This document shows, one piece after another, positions 25,801 to 38,689 of a stretch of DNA of 64,000 nt. Source of the stretch: Antedon mediterranea (Eukaryota > Animalia > Echinodermata); NCBI RefSeq assembly GCF_964355755.1, contig NC_092675.1:10907812-10971811 (forward strand). The letters run 5' to 3'. The notes below the pieces were generated by a model. It saw only the letters and a list, made by a program, of their open reading frames with translations. It made no database searches and was not told where the DNA came from. Every line of letters starts with the position of its first letter. Within the stretch, counting starts at the first letter, position 1. The position numbers were made by a program, and so were the translations under genes.

Positions 25801-28800
25801 TTATATTTTCCAGGAAAAAAATTAAATTTATTAGGGAATTTGAAGCAAGCAATATCTTATACTAGTATTGTATGATGGTACAGAAAGTGAAAGGTTACCA
25901 ACATGGCATTTGTTGTTTTACATAAATTGCTTTCAGTCAATTTTTTTGCCAATGGAAACTGGTTTTTAAAAATAGTTATACATAGCTGGTCCTACAATAG
26001 TAAACAAATTAAAGACGCTTAAAGTTTGAGTAAACCTAGATATAATATGTTGCACATGCAAGTGAAATCGGACATACAGTAGGTCGCATGTGTAGATTTG
26101 TAGAGACAGCCAAAAACAATAAAAGGCTGAAAAATTACTTCTTTTTTTTATTTTTACAGAAAATGATAGCTAAAACAGTATTTATTTACATTACGGTACC
26201 TTGATGTTTTTCTATTTTACAAATAAATTTAAAAAAATTAACATTTTTTCTGGTATGGTTAAAAAGAGGGTGTAAATTATGTATGATTTTCATAAAACTT
26301 AATGTTTTATGCCTAAATTGAAAGTGTTCAGAGGGTTGTTTTTAATGAAAATTATTTATAATAATAGAATAGTTAATTAACGAAGGTGCGAAGTTTCATT
26401 GAAATAAAACAATCAGAATACCCTTTTGCTAAGGCGTAAACTTAAACAGTCTGTTTATTTTTTTGTATTTCTCATTTTCTGTTACTTAACTTTAAAAGAA
26501 TATTTCTCAAAACACTGTTTGTAACAGCCAAAACTTTTGGATTGAGATATCTCTGGATGGAAGTAGACTTTTTTCAGCATTTTAAATCTTGGATTATGTA
26601 GTTTCAGTATTTGTGAAAATCTCTAATTTAAAAATTCCGACTTATGTCTGATTTCTCTTGCATATGCCACATTCTGTAGGTAGGATTATGTTTCAATTCT
26701 ACTAAATTAAAGCAAGACAAAAAATACTGAATGTGAACACCAATGAAGAAGAGTATTATAATGTAAATTAAGAAAGCAGATTACCCAGCACCAAAAACAA
26801 AATGATGTACTGTATTGTGTAAAAAAAACAACATTTTTTTAAAAAAAGGAAAAAGCTGTACAAGGGTTACAAATAGAGATTATACTATACTATACAGTGA
26901 CTTGAACACGCAAGTGTACATGATGTTAACACCGTTTAAACTAATTTTACCTTCTTCAGTGCGATTATTAGTATCCCAAGATTCTGATATAAAAATAATA
27001 AAACATAATATTTTTATTTTCAATAATCATTCTCCAACATTCTTACAATAACATTATTCTATCAAATTGCAAATCAACTATTTCATCAGTTTCACTCTGT
27101 TTAAATTATCTATACCAATACCAATATTTTTTTTGGAATGAGATATGGCTGACCAAGTGACTGAAACTAGCCGAAACAGTGAGACAACATTGGACATTAA
27201 TACGTCCAAATAGTTATCGTCTTTTTGGCAACGTAGGCCTACCGATCTGGCAGACACCACCTGACGAAATCAAGAGCAGCAGGCATATATTTGCTAAACC
27301 GGACCCCTAAATAGAATTGCAGAAATAATTTGTTTATGCCTTCTGTTTATGTTCAGCACCAATGACCAGTACTGTATTATGCTTATTTAAATGCAATTCA
27401 ACCATCACAAATACTATACTATTAAAACAATGCATGAATGGCAAAAGAAATGGCCAAAAGAAGTTGCCTGCTGGGGTAGCACTAACATTTCATTTTGTTT
27501 AGCCATTTGGCGAAAGTCAAAATGTTTTCTTTAGTCAAATCAGTTTATCTATAGCCAAAATGGCTAAAGTCAAATTTTTTTATTTAGCCAAATGACTCGG
27601 TTTTAGCCAAAAATTTAAAATTGTTGAAATTTAATGGTAAAAACATTTTAGTCAATTTATCAACATGTCTATACACTGTTCCCTGAACGTTTTTGTAAGG
27701 CATTGAGATGGAGAACCATGCCTAAATCACTGTATGATTAGAAAAAAAATGTTTGTATTTGTTTTATATGATCAAAACAATTGTTCAAATTGTTTTTAAT
27801 CATACAGCATTCATACAGTTATCAATTATCAAGAAACATTTTACAGCTTTCTGAAATCCCCTGAACGCTATGTTACTTTTGTTTTTTTTACGCTTGGCTG
27901 GTCATGTTTGTGTGATGGCTTCCATCGCGTACCAGGTGAAAATCGTGTCCTAGACTTCACGGTCACTCAGCGTCACCGCCGCGCAGCAGGTTAATGTTTT
28001 TAAATTGGGTATGCTCAAGAGGTGCGAAAGTGCAGTACCGCCGGCCTAGGCCTACAAAATTATGTACGACGGTATGTCGTATGCTAAAAATATTGAGGAA
28101 AATTCCCTCGTATCGTTGTTGAACCTAAGATAATATAGGCCAAAGCACAGAGTACACGTTTTTCCATCCCTCAAGGCTACGCCGAAGCATTTCTGTCAGG
28201 GCGAGAAATTTATACCATCCCGATTATTTATTTACACAACAACACAGAAGCCGGCGGCCGGCCCCGCTCAGCTGTAAAAATGCATGTGTGTGTTTAGCTA
28301 AATCTCCGTTAGACTCTACCATTTCCCGCATGTTGTTTTGTTTACTCTGACGCACGAGGGAAGTTTATTACGGGTAAAATATGAAACTACATTAAATTGG
28401 AAGAGTCTAAAATGCATAACGCATAAATTGTTGATTTCGATAAGATTAAGACGTCATTCATCGAAGATACTATAATGTTTCTTTTTAATCGGAAAAGTAC
28501 ACCCCTATCGAAAAATAGACAATCCCGGTAATTAGTCGGCTATATCGTAGTTGTCGTTTGTGCAGCGCACAACACATGATAGTTTGGGTAGACTTCATCA
28601 TCCATGTGTCGTGTAACGTCTGTCTCTCTATGCAGTCTACCTCGTGCTATCTCCATCATATTGAAATAACAAAGAGACGCCTGGTACAACGAAACAAGTT
28701 GACGAAAAATGGAGCTTGAAGTAAACAACGTGATAACGAACAAAAAAAATCCTTGGAGATCGACAAATGGACCTTTTAGTTGGACTTTATGCTTTCGCCA

Positions 28801-31800
28801 AAATGATTATTTGATTATCTATTTTATCATATGACATAGCCAAAATGGCTAAAGTAGCCGTTTTATCTTTCGCCAATCTGGAAACGTTTTCGCCCATGGC
28901 GACTTGGCGATCGGCCAGTGCGAGCCCAGGTTGCCATTATGCCAGAATGGCTAGCATCTTAATCACTGCTAATCAGGTTTAGGGACGAGTAATTACTATT
29001 TCTAAAAGTTTTATGAAATTTAAAAAAAACAAAAATATCATCTAGGAAAATTATTATTATGTCACATAACCATCATACTACAAATTTTGCCATCTATGTT
29101 AATATAATAGTTGACATACACAAGCCTTGATTCTCTATTATACTGAGTGGAGGACATAAGTTACACACTAGTTCTGTAACCATTTTAATACTTTAAATTC
29201 AGTGCAAACAGCAAGGGGATTCCCTCAGTACAGTTAATTCTACAGAAAAAAGACCTTGATCAAATAGAGTTTATTATAGAAATTCAATTTGAAAGAAAAT
29301 TGGAATACTTATTGTAAAAATCTGAATACAACAAAAATAACAATAGAAGTAAAGTAGAGTTTACTAACAGCACTAAAGAAAGGGCCCTGGACATAGTATT
29401 GGATGGACAACCTTAAAAGAATCTGATTGTACTGGAAAAGTAAAAAATTGTTATGCTAAACATTGCTATGTTATTCAGTTACTGTATGTGAATATTAAGA
29501 ACAAATACGACACTTTGATTGATTGATAATCAATATTTATGTAAAAATTTAATAGCAACTTTTTTTTTTATTTGACTGTGTTCCTAAACAAAATATGACT
29601 GTTTGATATTTTGCCTGCATGTTACCAAAAAAAAAAATGTCATTTTAAACAAACACTGTATTTTTCTGATGAAATTGCTTACAGTTACTGTACACCAACA
29701 CATTTTGGACAAGACGCTCATCTTTTTCCACATTTTCTGATTATAAAGATTTCAAACAAAAAAATGTATTTTAATTTTATTTATCACAAGAATAAATTGA
29801 TGACGAATCTCAGATAAATCTGTTTTAAAATGGCTTTATTGTTTTTGCAAACTATTACTTTACTTTTATTACTTTTGTTCCGACAGAAAAATAAATACAC
29901 TGGAGGACTACATGTACTGTAAAGGTAGCTTTTTGTAAACCATTTATTTCCAAAGGAAATAGTGTGGTTGAGAAATTAATGTCTCTACCACACTTAATTT
30001 CCTTTGTAAAAATAAATGGTGTTTTAAAACTAACTTTACTATAGTGTTTATTTGCATTGTCATATGATTACACAACATGGCTGACTGGTTGAACATGTGT
30101 CTCTTGTTCTAATCTATTTTAAATAATTGAAAACAAATAATGATACAGTATAGTAATTCAAAATAAAGAGTTAATATGAATTAGTTGAATTACCTATAAA
30201 CAGTTGACTATCAACATCAGGATACCTCTCCATAAGGGGCTCTACAATCTTAACTGCTGGATCACCCTCATCTTGTAAACATATCAATATTTCATACTAA
30301 AAAAAGATAAAACATAATTTATACCTCTAAATGATCAAATAATCAATTAGAATATTACTATTAGAATATATTTCTTTTAACATATTTAATTTTGTAGATA
30401 TTACATGCCAAGCCAAGCGCCAAAATGCCAAGTGACCTTCCAAAAATAAGTTTCATAGTCCATATACTGTGTAACCTTTTCTTTAACACATTGTATAATG
30501 ATGAGTATTTTCAATTTACATTATGTATTATTATATATTGTGTATTTGTAACAGATTACTGTGCCAGTAACTTTAAGTGGAAACCAAATTCTGAATAATT
30601 GTCCACAACCCAAACTGTACAGTATAGTAAACAATTAATGAATACAAATTCATTAGATCAGTGATATGGCTCCAGAAGTGATGATACTATTATTTAAGCT
30701 ATGCCACTGTTTTTTAATATTAGAGACAAATATTTAATAATAATTTTGAAAAATTTCTTTTTATTATCGGCATTTTGAAAATCATGATTTTGCTAGCTAA
30801 CCACATGTTCCTTTCATGTGGAAATAGTTGAAATAAAGGTCAACTGGTGATTCAGGCTTGCAAATAACTCTTCCTTTTCCTCTCTACTATAATACCAAGA
30901 AATGTCAAATAAATATTACTACAGTCCACACCGCTTAAGTCAAATCTAATGGAACTGCAGGTATAAATAGTTTGAGTTGTGCAAAAATTGACTTTAAATA
31001 GATTTTTTTTTAAATGCTGTAGCCTGGCCTACTCGGTAACCTTGCTACGGCTATGCCTATTAATGCAATACATCAAGATCACGATTACCATGATGCACAT
31101 TAAATTGACTAGGCTTACTACTACGGTTCATATTAGTAATCGGTATCCATTGTTATTGCCGACTGCCTAGCACAAAATTGGAACCCACAAAAAACACCAC
31201 TCATTGAGCTGATTGAGAGAACTGATATGACTCCACATTGTCACCTCTGTCTTTGTTTATTGAATTGCGTATGTTTAGTCAGCCTTTTTGCCGCCTTAGG
31301 CTGGAGAGCTACTGTACATAATTAATATTCATAAGACTTTTTAATTAGGTTGTGGAATTCCTAAACGCATTCAAAGATAGGTTGTTTTCTCTAAACATGT
31401 TTCTGCCGTTGGGAATAAATTGTAGATCGCACCTAAACAATGTGTGTATTTTCAACCTATAAAGAAGTCGACTTACAAATTTGACATACAAATAAAAATT
31501 ACACAATAAATGTATAGGAATGAAATAAATTCAAAAAAATTTGACCTTCACTATTTTTTTATGCAAGCTCGACTTTAAACACTTCATTCAAACTGGCACT
31601 ATTTGATTCTACATTTTGTAGGCATCTGGAAGGACACGTTACCACATTGTCAAAGTTATTTCCTACCCGGACATATGTAGAAATTTAATGCAGTCTTCGA
31701 TTGAAATGAATCATAGTTGATAAAACCCATACCTTATTATACTGTACTTTAAATGAATTTCACAATGTTTAAAATAAGAGCTGGAGAAGATCCCTTCAAT

Positions 31801-34800
31801 AGTGACTTAACTATTAAATGGAACAAGTATCACGCATGAAAAAATTGAAAAAATGTAATGCATATCAGCAGACACAAGACAATAATAAACAACTGAAAAG
31901 AACAAAATTATGTGTTATAGTATAAACACAGCGTTATAAAAAATGTGGCCTACAGGCGACAGTATGTGTTTGTGTGTTGATAACAGACTGGGCTGGCCTA
32001 GGCCTTAACAGTATTATATTAATGCATAGTGAAAACAATAAGGGCCTGTTTCTGCTGAATAATCCTAAAAAATACGGTATAAAAATAAGTTATAAAATAC
32101 ATTATTTAGTACCCCGTTTTTTTCTGCTAGAAGTACTATCTTGGGTGGTCGTGTTAAAATCATTTTTTTTACCGAACATGCCTTTCAATCCACAAAATGG
32201 GGACAAGTTATTCCTTCCCCGAATTTGTTATATTTGGCGATGGTGTAGCATCTTCTTTCACAGTCTTTGTTCACACACCCCATACTTTTTTTAATTTTTG
32301 CTAAACTATCTTTCTAAATCTAGCAGTCCTGTTTGTTGCATTTAAATTTTCCCAAAATATTTGTTTCCCTAAAAGATTATTTGCAAATGTTGTTCCTTAC
32401 TTTCGTTGACTATAGATTATCCATTCATGTGTAAAAAGCTTACAAAAATCAAAATATAGTATTTTTTTATTGGCAGCAGAAACCTAAAATATGGTATAAA
32501 TTTATAAATATATTTATGCAGAAATTTGGTGGGAAAAATACGATATATTTTTTTATGAGTGCCATTTCCGCTGCGAAAAATATACTGTATATACAGTATT
32601 ACAAAAATACCGTATTAAATACGGTATTTACTTGGCCGCAGAAAAAGTATGTTAAGTATGTGTTTCTAAAAGTGTGTTCGTTTTAAAAGATTTTCACAAA
32701 AATGTCTTTGGTATATTTGTAATTAGCCTATTGTTACCGTCACAAATTTAATTTTTTTCTGCTCATTTTTTGTTCGTCGCAGATCTAAAAAATGCCGATA
32801 GCAGTTATTTTGTAACTTGGCCAGCAGATGCACGTATATGTAGTTGTGCAACAAGTCTCGTAGAGTAACTACGCGTGATTTTCTGAAATTCTTAGATTGA
32901 CTATAAATTAGAAACAATTTATGTTACGGGTCATCTTCCTAAAATTTTGAACACTGGTATTTTTGTGTGTATGCGTACACGTTTCAGGACATTCCCATTT
33001 TTCAAAAAAATTTCGCATTGCGCGCACGCTTTTGCATACTTAGCTTGTACGCAGCTTAGAAAGACCATTTTTGCTCTTGATTGTTGTTCTGTATACATTT
33101 TATGATATACTTTATTATTATTTTTTGATGAATTATGAATGTAAAACAATACCACACATGCACGTCAAACTTTAAAAATTGTTGTATTATATTAAGGAAG
33201 GAACAGAGAGTTCGCCTCAAGCCATAAAACCCCTCTGGCTACGTGCCTGAAATCCATTTTCCACAGCTTTTTTCTCTGGCCACCAGAACCTGAGCTCAGT
33301 CTGAAAGTAGCCTTATACTGTTAAAGGAATTGCTGTGTGATTTTTTTTCCATTCAGCACTCAATTTTGAGACATTCATCAACTTTCGATTCTTTAAAAAT
33401 TAATTGAAAAAGTTATTATGGACAAAAAAAAGCATTACCTACCTTTGGATAATTTAAATTGAAAAATGTTTCTAAGTTTTCTTTGAGATTTGGATCAACT
33501 CCTACGAGCGGTTTGAGAATTGTAACCCCTGGCAACTCTTCCCAAACTATATTCGTCGCACTTGGTAATCGGTGGAGATGTAGTTTCCTAGAATTACAAC
33601 AAAAATAATTCAACAAGAACTGATCTTAAATATTTTTTGATTCATAGGTATGATTATTATTAACTTTGTCAACGTCAAACTTTTTTTCACAACAAATAGC
33701 ATCAATTTGCAAAAGCTTGTGGAGTTGTTTCAGTGTTTCCAATCTGTTATAAAGTCATAAAATCTTCAAACAAATATGAAAACTACAATTGCACATATCT
33801 TTCAATAATACAAAAACAAATTACAAAGGCAAAAAGTTAATTAGGTGATCATTTAGAATAAAATGATCACCTATTGTTATTGTATGAAATCTTTATTTTC
33901 AGCCTGTAGAGTTGTTTCAGTGTTTCCAATCTGTTATCAACTGTCCCAAAAGGCCTTACAAAACCTGTTCTGGTTCTAATGTCCCACGGACCTTCAACTT
34001 ACAGCTGGTGATAAAAAAAGGCAAATACCTTTGAGGTTATGTTTAAGAGGTTTGTATTTTTTACTATTTATTACAAAATTGTATTCCATAAAAAATATGG
34101 TTTCGTTTTCGTGCGACACTAATTCTGTATTTACACTCAACTCCATGATCCAATCATGTCGCTAGGACTCTGAATTTGAACCCACATACGTTCATTTCGG
34201 CTTCGATGCTCAGGCCTTGCTTCTTGAAATAGAAATTCATATTGCAAAGGTATTTTTTAGATCAGACAATTCTTCATTTACACAAACCATTCGGCAAAAA
34301 TCTTGTCTGAATCTCAATAGATGTTTCATAGACTTTCTTCTCCCAGATGTATTTTGGAGCGTGCACATGACCAAACCAAAATATTTTCAATGCCAACTCC
34401 TCACCAGCACAATCAAAAAACAATACAAAGGAACAAAAAATTTGTTTTGGTAACCACCATACGGCGACATCACAATTGATCCACACAACAATGTGGTAGT
34501 TTAAATTTCGGCATCCACAACCATAACTAGTGCAGCCTGCTCTTCACACAAAAAAAAAGATTTTTGGGCAAAAATAAACATCTGCATTTGGAAAACAGAG
34601 CACTCCACTGCATTTGTGACTTGGCACAAGGCCTTTGTCAAAAGGTAAATTGAAAGACAGGATGGCATGCCAAGGGTATTGTTGTTTTGGGATTATCTTG
34701 TTTTGAATGAACAAGTAAAATGCTGGCCAGGAAGATGCATGGAGAATTGAGAAGCTGATGGGGTAGACAAGGAAATGAAGAGTCTGTGAACGGAGCAGGA

Positions 34801-37291
34801 TGTTAAATCCTGCAAATTAAAAGATTAATACAATTTGTGCTATGTGGATGCCAGACCTTGTGAGTTGCAGTAATTGAAGGCACATCATCATGTGAAATTT
34901 GTGGTGTAGTGAAGTATGTTGTTAAATAGAAATGTACCAAAGAAATTTAATAAGCTTGTTTATGGCAGCCAATACCAAATAGTGGTTTTCCGTTTTGGCG
35001 ACTTGTAGCGTCGTGTGTGAAGCGATCTTCGACCGCGATGGAGTGTATACAAAACAGGACCGCTAGGCCTCATATGGCCTAGCGTATATTAGCCTAGCTT
35101 GGTTATGATCAAAGGTAGGTGTATTCGGTGTATGGACGTCGCCAAATACAAAATAATGTATTACGACATACACTGTAGATCTTCGAATTAATGGGTGGGC
35201 TTATACCCGAGTGCCTCATTTTTCATGAAAATTAGTCAAAAGTCGGGGGTGGGCTTATACCCGAGTATGGGCTTATACCCGCGTCAGTATACGGTAATTG
35301 CATGATCTTGGAATGCAATATTGAAATGGATAATAAATAAATGCAAAATAAATCTTGTTGGGTCGTCAATAATTTTGAGAATACATTTGTTATACATTGT
35401 TCGATTCATAATGATAACATACTGTAACACTATTGTCTTTACATGGTCTGGTTATTAATTTATTTGTACAAAATAACAAAGCTTCATTATAGTTTACAAT
35501 TTGGAAAATTGTTCCCCAGTAACAACGGTGTTTATAACACATTGCGAAAAGACGTGGCAAAACAAAGCCTCTTGTAGGATCGTGATAAAACAAAATACAT
35601 CTTGTGGAATCGCAATCAAAATCAATACCTCATAGTCATGGTTTTTTTTTAAATTAGGCTAAACAGCTAAAGGTTAGTTGCAATATAAACTGAATATTGC
35701 AATATGAAGGTGGTTTTGAGCAATTTAAACAAAATTGTTCAAAAAACATTGTTAAATTAACAATTTCTATAAAATCATAAAATCTTCAAACAAATATGAA
35801 AAATACAATATCTTTCAATAATTAATACAAAAACAAATTAATACAAAGGCAAAAAGTTAATTAGGTCATCATTTAGAATAAAATGATCACCTATTGTTAT
35901 TGTATGAAATCTTTATTATTAGGTGATCATTAAAATGATCACCTACTGTTATTGTATGAAATCTTTAATCTTATCATTTATTTCTATCTGTACAAATTTG
36001 TGAAACAATTATCTCAAAAAGTTAAATGTCAATGATCACAAATTGTTCACAATGTCTTTCAAATACTTAATCCTAATAAGCTTTTCAATGTGATCACTTA
36101 TCCGTGACGTCATTTATACGCCATTTTGTGAATCACATTAGTTGGGTTCACATTCAGAAATTATCGTAAGTTTCTTTATCATGATGTTCTATATGCACCT
36201 GCAGGAAGTCGTTAACATGATCTTGTTTATCACGGAGAGCATGTTAATTATCATGATCTTACGAGGTTATCATGATTAGACACCGTTATATGCAGAGACA
36301 AAATTCAACCAATCAGCGCTTGGTTATTTACTGCGTCACCGGAAGAAAGAAGTCACCATTGTTGTTGTTTTGATTTCGTCGACTGCCAGCTTCAACAAGT
36401 TGTTTTTGCTTTGATAGTTAAATTGCTTAGGCTACCCACTATATCGTTTCGAACATCATACATCAAGTCAGTTAGACGATTAAAGAATAAAATACAGTGA
36501 GCGAGGTGAAAATACAGACGGGCCAGGTGTGTATTCAAATTTATTCACGCTCACTACTTAGGCCTACATTTTGACACAAAATATTTGAGGCAAATATGCC
36601 ATGGCTCATCCGTAATAGGACCATGGACAAAGCCTATTAGTTACTATTCTTTGTATCTTAGGCCTGCTGGCTAGCAGAGGTTTTATAGAAGCCCACACAG
36701 TTACATAAACAAATCAACAATCCCTTCCCAAGTGTGCACCAAACATGTGTGTTTGGCCTTCCACGCATCAGTGTACCTCATTAGCATACTTATATCGCTA
36801 TGTTAAATTCTATGTGAACGCTCTTCCTACGAATATTCATTTAAAAAATTAATTTTTAATTTAAATTTATTTTTAATTATGTTCAAGTTGTTAAAGTTAA
36901 TTTTTGGTTTCAATGTCGATTAGATTGTTAGAGAAACATGCATTATCAAGAAAATATTGATATAATTATAATGGTACTTTCAAACAATTTAAATATAGGA
37001 AGAAAAAAAAATTGAAGTTTATCAAGTCATTGTTAATGATAAAGTATACTTAGTGACTTTGTGCTACATGTATAGTCTAGAATTATAAAATTTCAGTTAT
37101 TTGATGTAAAGAAAAGCTTCTTACCCATAAATTATACTTATTATATGCGATAAAATCAGCAGTAAATAGACGAATATTCCAACTGATGCTAAGAAACAGA
37201 ATACCATAGAGGTATCCATCATAGCCCACACGTATGCCATCATACGTTGTGTTGTGCTATAGAAGACATCATACCATACATAGCCGGACAT
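10885..37291 (-). CDS. UGCG: Ceramide glucosyltransferase (glucosylceramide synthase, GT21), complete, 9 coding exons, 417 aa
   Basis: Exons in transcript order: 37291-37125, 33587-33443, 30296-30194, 25335-25231, 23940-23828, 23221-23043, 13514-13428, 13113-12924, 11049-10885. Total 1254 nt, all GT-AG, phases consistent. Motifs: [86 protein letters not shown]. An acceptor at 37328-37330 implies an upstream non-coding exon. Confidence 0.96.
11222..12612. mobile_element. Non-autonomous TIR element, PIF/Harbinger-like termini, with a long internal inverted repeat
   Basis: TIRs GTCTGTTTCTGCTGCATAA (11224) / TTATGCAGTAGAAACAGGCCC (to ~12611); subterminal TAACCGGTTA repeats; inverted arms ~11650-11845 and ~12020-12215. 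A related terminus GGGCCTGTTTCTGCTG lies at 32042. Confidence 0.65.
14475..15195 (-). mobile_element. 5'-truncated LINE, Rex1/Babar-like RT C-terminus with 3' tail
   Basis: ORF 14594-15175 [46 protein letters not shown]. The minus-strand tail reads AATAAAGT(TATCTTG)n. Confidence 0.85.
15196..16312 (-). mobile_element. Internally deleted DNA transposon (tentatively Sola2-like) with transposase remnant
   Basis: ORF 15159-15620 [17 protein letters not shown].. and [31 protein letters not shown]. The minus-strand terminus begins GGGGTCATTCC at ~16312. The superfamily call rests on recalled family similarity and is unverified. Confidence 0.55.
17150..17830 (-). mobile_element. Decayed Rex1/Babar-like LINE RT fragment
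   Basis: Minus strand [39 protein letters not shown]. Confidence 0.8.
17999..18035. repeat. Perfect 13-bp-arm hairpin ending in CTAG; probable Helitron-type 3' end
   Basis: CTAGATGGTACGC-TCGCTTCGCTC-GCGTACCATCTAG. Confidence 0.55.
18380..18673 (+). mobile_element. L2-clade LINE 3' end
   Basis: [32 protein letters not shown], then stem-loop AGCGCATT..AATGCGCT and a (TTA)n tail. Confidence 0.85.
18674..19279 (+). mobile_element. Intact-looking HINE-like (Helentron-associated non-autonomous) element inserted in the LINE (TTA)n tail
   Basis: 5' CCTCCGCCAAGGAGG (18678), (TGTT/TG)n microsatellite, 3' subTIR GGCGGAGG 19245-19252, hairpin GTACTCTCGGAGTAC 19256-19270, CTAG 19274-19277; flanked by TTA repeats on both sides. 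Confidence 0.8.
19064..19134 (-). pseudogene. tRNA-derived Pol III-like segment inside the HINE
   Basis: Minus strand GACAGTG-TGGTGAAATGG (A box)..GGTTCAAGTCCC (B box), followed by a long T run. Stems are imperfect, so it is not called a functional tRNA. Confidence 0.6.
21048..22526. mobile_element. Non-autonomous hAT-like element, 16-bp TIR, 5-bp TSD
   Basis: TIR CAGGGCTGCAAATTAA / TTAATTTGCAGCCCTG; ATTGT at 21043-21047 and 22527-22531. Confidence 0.85.
24050..24935. mobile_element. hAT-like element, right part only
   Basis: End GGGGAGAACACTG (24935), clustered AAGCGTCACGG subterminal repeats and a perfect 24-bp palindrome at 24890-24913; left TIR not found. Confidence 0.55.
26047..26672. 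mobile_element. MITE with ~30-bp imperfect TIRs
   Basis: ATGTTGCACATGCAAGTGAAATCGGACATA / TATGTCTGATTTCTCTTGCATATGCCACAT. Confidence 0.7.
27471..28929. mobile_element. Non-autonomous hAT-like element
   Basis: TIR CTGGGGTAGCACT / AGTGCGAGCCCAG; near-TSD GTTGCCTG / GTTGCCAT; TAGCCAAAATGGCTAAAGT repeats at both ends. Confidence 0.7.
29889..30053. repeat. Long imperfect hairpin / palindromic MITE
   Basis: GTAAAG..ACCATTTATTT..CAAAGGAAAT..AGTGTGGT pairs with ACCACACT..ATTTCCTTTG..AAATAAATGGT..CTTTAC. Confidence 0.7.
35190..35296. mobile_element. Right end of a Tc1/mariner-pogo-type MITE
   Basis: Three GGGCTTATACCCG repeats ending in TATACGGTA. Confidence 0.55.
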
Positions 37292-37381
37292 CTTGTATCG
37301 GTCAAAACTTGTAATTCCTTACAAATTCTGGGGAAAAAATGGTTTTTTTTTAAAGCTATTTGAAATTAATATTTAATAATG

Positions 37382-37725
37382 TTAAAGATGTATTGTCCAT
37401 TAAAAACATGAAAAATGAAGATTAATTAAAGCAGACTCTCTTTTGTAGTTTTAATCAAGTTAATCACTTCTGTAGAAAAAAAATGAAAGCAAATATTGTT
37501 TTCACTTATAAAAAGTCAAAATAAATGGTTAAATTCAACTAAAATCCCATTGGCTGGCAGCCAATTTGACTATTTCTTGCTTTAAATTACACTTTTTTTC
37601 AGGTAAATACATTTTTTCCGATATAATTTTTGTTCGATAAGTGGATAACTATTACGTGACATTAAAATGGCATATTCAAAACAAAAAAATTTAAAATTAT
37701 TTTTTCAGGGGGACAATACATTAAA
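37382..37725. mobile_element. TTAA-type MITE related to 55429-55969
   Basis: TTAAAGATGTATTGTCC / GGACAATACAT termini. Confidence 0.7.
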
Positions 37726-38689
37726 TACTTGAAAAGTTATTTTCATAATTAGAAAGATTTACTCTTTTCTTTAATTTGAGGTGAAGCTGAGTAAAATAGA
37801 AATCAGTGAATCTTTTAACAAAAATTAAAATCATTCCTTGTTGTTTTACATAAAATGTAGTGCGAGACCTTAAATTAGGTAAAAAAAAACGTAGGTCTAG
37901 GCCTAGGCCCTAGTGTATTTAAGTTAGGGTCTAGGCTATAGCTAGGTTTATAGGCAAGTAAGTAGACTAGCATTTTATCAAAAATATAGGATAAATGTAA
38001 ATTTATTGAGCATTGATTATCAAATTTTACTTTGCGACATTTGAAATTGTCTGCGCAATTTGAATTTTTTAGTATTTTGATTGTGCAAGGAAATAGGCCT
38101 ACTTCACTACACAATTTAAATTCATTTCATAGGTCTAGCTAGGCCCTAGGCTAGTACAGTAGGCTATAGAGGGCCTAGGCCATCCGGCCTAGCCTACTAG
38201 GGGTAGGGGCCTACCTACCTAGGTATAGCCTTATATAGGACTATAGGCCTAGCCTAGTTAAATAGCCTAGGCCTAGTAGGCTAGGCCTGGCCCTATAGGC
38301 AAAATAAATAAAGGCAAATTACTGACAAAAAGGACTGTGAGTGGTATCATCAGTCAGTGAGTGGTGGCTGGATCTCAAATGGAGATACAAAATATGGGCC
38401 TAGCCTACCTTATTAATATTAGCCTGGGTGGGTGGGCAGGCTAATCTAAATAAAAGCAGAGAAAGCTATAATATTAATAAATAATCAGTGACTCGTGAGT
38501 TAAATTAAACAATAAATTATAAATACCTACGTAAAACTTAAAATCTAATTAATGAGTTGCTAGCTGTTCTCACCATCATATAATAATAGGTCCATAAAGC
38601 TACTATTAATTATTATTATAGCCTAGACTAGGCCCTTTTTAATTACTGTATTGTAAAGTAGCCTAGCCCTAAATGATGTCACTGTCTGT

